A stretch of DNA of 64,000 bases, taken from assembly GCA_963662265.2 (NCBI GenBank), contig CAXXHA010000008.1:90004-154003 (forward strand), given 5' to 3'. The first letter of the stretch is position 1. Every line of letters begins with the position of its first letter. The notes beneath the pieces were generated by a model. The model was not told the DNA's origin. It worked only from the letters and a program-made list of their open reading frames with translations, and searched no databases. A program made the position numbers and the translations under genes. This document shows, in pieces, positions 60,989-64,000 of the stretch. The stretch is from Spirochaetia bacterium (GTDB lineage Bacteria; Spirochaetota; Spirochaetia; CADAEX01).

Positions 60989-61205
60989 ATTTTCAGTTTA
61001 ATTAGTATCATATATTATGAAGTATTGCTCAATCAAGCTGAAAGAGCAGTTTCGGAAAATCAAAGATATTATTATATGTTTACTGCCTATAAACTCAGTA
61101 TGGAAAAAAAGTATCTGAACAGCAGAAAACATGTTTTAAAACTGCCGAGGATAATCCCGGCATACCGGATCACAATCCGGAATAAATATAAAACAGGAGA
61201 GAATA

Positions 61206-62141
61206 ATGACACCGGATAAAGATGTTGTAATTATAGGCGGAGGCCCTGCAGGCCTTACAGCTGCGCAGTACAGTTCAAGATCAAACCTGAGAACACTGAT
61301 GATAGAGGAAATGGCTCCTGGCGGACAGGTTATACTTATAAGTGATCTGGAAAATTATCCAGGATTTCCGGAGCCTGTCAACGGAATGGAACTTTCACAG
61401 AAAATGGAAGAGCAGGCAAGAAAATTCGGAAGTGAAATTATAAACGGTACAGTGAAAAAACTGGAAAAGAAAGACAATATTTTCTATATAGAAGCAGACG
61501 GCAAAACAATAACCTCATATGCTGTAATAATAGCAACTGGCGCAAAACACAAGGAACTCGGAGTTCCGGGTGAAGAGGAATTCAAAGGAAGGGGTGTATC
61601 ATACTGTGCGACATGTGACGGCCCCTTTTTCAGAAACAAGAAAATACTTGTCATCGGCGGGGGAGACGCAGCCTGTGATGAAGCAACATATCTTTCAAAG
61701 CTGACAGATAAAGTTGTGATGATACACAGAAGAGACAGGTTCAGGGCGCAGAAATCACTGGCAGACAGGGTTATTCACAATAAGAACATCGAAGTAAGAT
61801 TCAATACTGTCTGCAAGGAAATAAAAGGCTCAATGAAGGTGGAAAATGTTGTTCTGGAGAAAACAGATGATAAAACATCATATGAAGAGGAATTTGATGC
61901 TGTTTTTGTATTTATAGGGTCAGTTCCCCAGACACAGGCTGTCGATGATCTTCCAAAGGATGATGGGGGATACCTTCTTGCAGACTGCAATATGGAAACA
62001 TCTATAAAAGGGCTTTATGCTATCGGCGATGTACGGGCGACCCCTTTCAGACAGATAATAACAGCATGCGGCGACGGGGCTATTGCAGCACACTCGGCAG
62101 TTCTCCATATTGATGACCTCATGGGAGAGGCTTACGTTTAA
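61206..62141 (+). CDS. trxB: Thioredoxin-disulfide reductase
   Basis: GGGPAG, ENYPGF, GVSYCATCDG, GGGDAA, HRRD, GDGAIAA. Confidence 0.97.
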   Translation: MTPDKDVVIIGGGPAGLTAAQYSSRSNLRTLMIEEMAPGGQVILISDLENYPGFPEPVNGMELSQKMEEQARKFGSEIINGTVKKLEKKDNIFYIEADGKTITSYAVIIATGAKHKELGVPGEEEFKGRGVSYCATCDGPFFRNKKILVIGGGDAACDEATYLSKLTDKVVMIHRRDRFRAQKSLADRVIHNKNIEVRFNTVCKEIKGSMKVENVVLEKTDDKTSYEEEFDAVFVFIGSVPQTQAVDDLPKDDGGYLLADCNMETSIKGLYAIGDVRATPFRQIITACGDGAIAAHSAVLHIDDLMGEAYV

Positions 62142-62144
62142 TAT

Positions 62145-63824
62145 ATGTTGATTAAAAGGCTGCTGCTTATACTCTTTACATTACTGCTGCCTGCCATGCT
62201 GTATTCTGAAAATCTGAATTTTTATTCAGATGAAACTGATGAAAAAATAATTAGAAATATAACAGACAGCATGAGCAGCAGCCAGCTTGCTGGACAAATA
62301 CTGATGTTCGGATACTGGGGTGAGAAACCGTCAAAAGAAATTCTGGACTGGATATCGGAAAGAAACATCGGAGGTGTAAAGATATTCGGATGGAATGCAA
62401 AAAACCTCTACACTCTCCAGAAATCGATTAAAAAAATGCAGAAAACTGCTGCAGATACTGAATTTTCAATTCCCCTTTTTATCGCTTCCGACCAGGAGGG
62501 GGGATGGGTCAGGCATGTCAAGGGAACAACTTCCATAACACCCGGAAATATGGCTCTTGGAGCAAACAGGTATATCAAGGATTCATATGATACAGGAAGG
62601 CATATAGGCGATCAGCTTGCATATCTAGGTATAAACATGAATTTTGCACCTACTGTCGATATACTTATAAACCACGATGCCCATGTCATAGGACCGCGTG
62701 CATTCTCCGATGACCCGCTTGATACAGCTGTTCTTGCAACCTCCTACATGAACGGGATGAGAGAAGCAGGGATAATCCCGACAGCAAAGCATTTCCCCGG
62801 CCACGGGAGATCAGCCGATGATTCACACGGAAAACTGCCTCTGATAGATGTTTCACTTGAAGAGATGGAAAAGACTGACCTTCTCCCCTATGATTTTCTC
62901 ATACGGGAAAACATTCCTGCAATAATGAGCGGACACATTGCTTTTCCCTCAATAACCGGGAAAGAAATACCAGCGTCCCTCTCCCCTTTCTTCCTCAAAA
63001 AACTTCTCAGGGAAAAAATGGATTTCAAAGGGCTGATAATAACAGATGATATGAGAATGTCCGGCTCCTACTATGTCAGCGGGGACATTGCAGACAACTG
63101 TCTTGAAGCTGTGAGGGGAGGAAATGATATAGTCGAAGTGTCCCATGGAGTTGATGATTACGAAAGAATATACAGACTGATCCTGAATGAAATAGAGACA
63201 AACACGGAATTTAAAAAGCAGGTTAAGAGGAGTGTCGAAAGAATTATCAGAATAAAGCTTGAGTATCTGAAAGATGATAATGGAAGATACCGTTTCGCAA
63301 GTATAAATTCAGATGATATAGAAAAACACATCCCTTCAGCCGAGGCTGAGGAATTCTTTTTCCAGAATGCTTTCAGAAGCATCTCCTATGCAGGAAGTGA
63401 AAAAACTCTGCCGAAAATCGATAAAAATGAGCGTATCCTCCTTGCAGGCCAGTTCAAACTCTTCTTTGACGAGGGGAAAAAAAGATTTCCGGAAGCAGAT
63501 ACCTATTATTTCCCGTATGCACCATTCTTCAAGGCACAGGAAAAGGATTTAAGGAATCTGCCGGCATCGGCAGCCGGTTACGACAGAATAATCTACTGCA
63601 TGGCAAATCCGGGCAGCATGGAACTTTTAAAGAAACTTGAAAAAATGGATGACAGGATTATAGTGCTTTCAACCCTGTCTCCTGTTTATATAAGCCAGCT
63701 TGACTGGATCAGGTACGGCGTTGCTGTATACGGAACAGGGAGAGAATCTTTTACAGCAGGATTTGCCGCAATTGCCGGCGATATAAAGCCTGAAGGAATT
63801 CTCCCGTTTAAAGAGGATAATTAG
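62145..63824 (+). CDS. Glycoside hydrolase family 3, beta-N-acetylhexosaminidase (NagZ-like), exported
   Basis: DQEGG, NFAPTVD, KHFPGHG...DSH, IMSGH, ITDDM. Confidence 0.88.
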   Translation: MLIKRLLLILFTLLLPAMLYSENLNFYSDETDEKIIRNITDSMSSSQLAGQILMFGYWGEKPSKEILDWISERNIGGVKIFGWNAKNLYTLQKSIKKMQKTAADTEFSIPLFIASDQEGGWVRHVKGTTSITPGNMALGANRYIKDSYDTGRHIGDQLAYLGINMNFAPTVDILINHDAHVIGPRAFSDDPLDTAVLATSYMNGMREAGIIPTAKHFPGHGRSADDSHGKLPLIDVSLEEMEKTDLLPYDFLIRENIPAIMSGHIAFPSITGKEIPASLSPFFLKKLLREKMDFKGLIITDDMRMSGSYYVSGDIADNCLEAVRGGNDIVEVSHGVDDYERIYRLILNEIETNTEFKKQVKRSVERIIRIKLEYLKDDNGRYRFASINSDDIEKHIPSAEAEEFFFQNAFRSISYAGSEKTLPKIDKNERILLAGQFKLFFDEGKKRFPEADTYYFPYAPFFKAQEKDLRNLPASAAGYDRIIYCMANPGSMELLKKLEKMDDRIIVLSTLSPVYISQLDWIRYGVAVYGTGRESFTAGFAAIAGDIKPEGILPFKEDN

Positions 63825-63833
63825 GAACTGATT

Positions 63834-64000
63834 TTGGGCTGGAAAAAATACAACAGCAGATACAGAGACAAAATGCTCAAACTCCTTACACTGAAGGAGT
63901 TTGAGGCGATATCCTTTACAACAAGGTTCATAAACAGATCAAAGCTTGGCCTTTATGAAAAAAAGGAAACCATACTCATTCACACAGATTCTGATGATAA
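63834..64000 (+). CDS. 5' end of a CDS running off the window; product not determinable
   Basis: TTG start after AGGA; open frame MGWKKYNSRYRDKMLKLL... to the window end. Confidence 0.5.
   Translation, partial: MGWKKYNSRYRDKMLKLLTLKEFEAISFTTRFINRSKLGLYEKKETILIHTDSDD

Overview
This is core chromosome of a free-living, flagellated spirochaete, judged from flaA x2, flaB x2, flaG-fliD, flgN-flgK-flgL-fliW-csrA, a DUF5312-like gene, a PlzA-like gene and infC-rpmI-rplT-zapB-zapA-6S RNA. I saw no rRNA, tRNA, CRISPR array, transposase or phage gene. The standout feature is a cofactor cluster at 3.0-10.0 kb. It uses the ARCHAEAL route to coenzyme A (pantoate kinase, phosphopantothenate synthetase and an archaeal-signature CoaBC) alongside panB, panE, folD and folE. 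A 4-copy structured tandem repeat with compensatory base changes lies directly upstream of coaBC. Other observations: many genes appear leaderless; there is an unannotated 30-aa membrane peptide behind a structured leader; both flagellin genes carry CsrA-type hairpins; and five genes (vWA protein, glmS, fba, a membrane protein, zapA) are broken by extra bases, mostly in homopolymer runs, which most likely reflects assembly error. All calls come from reading motifs by eye; no database searches were run.
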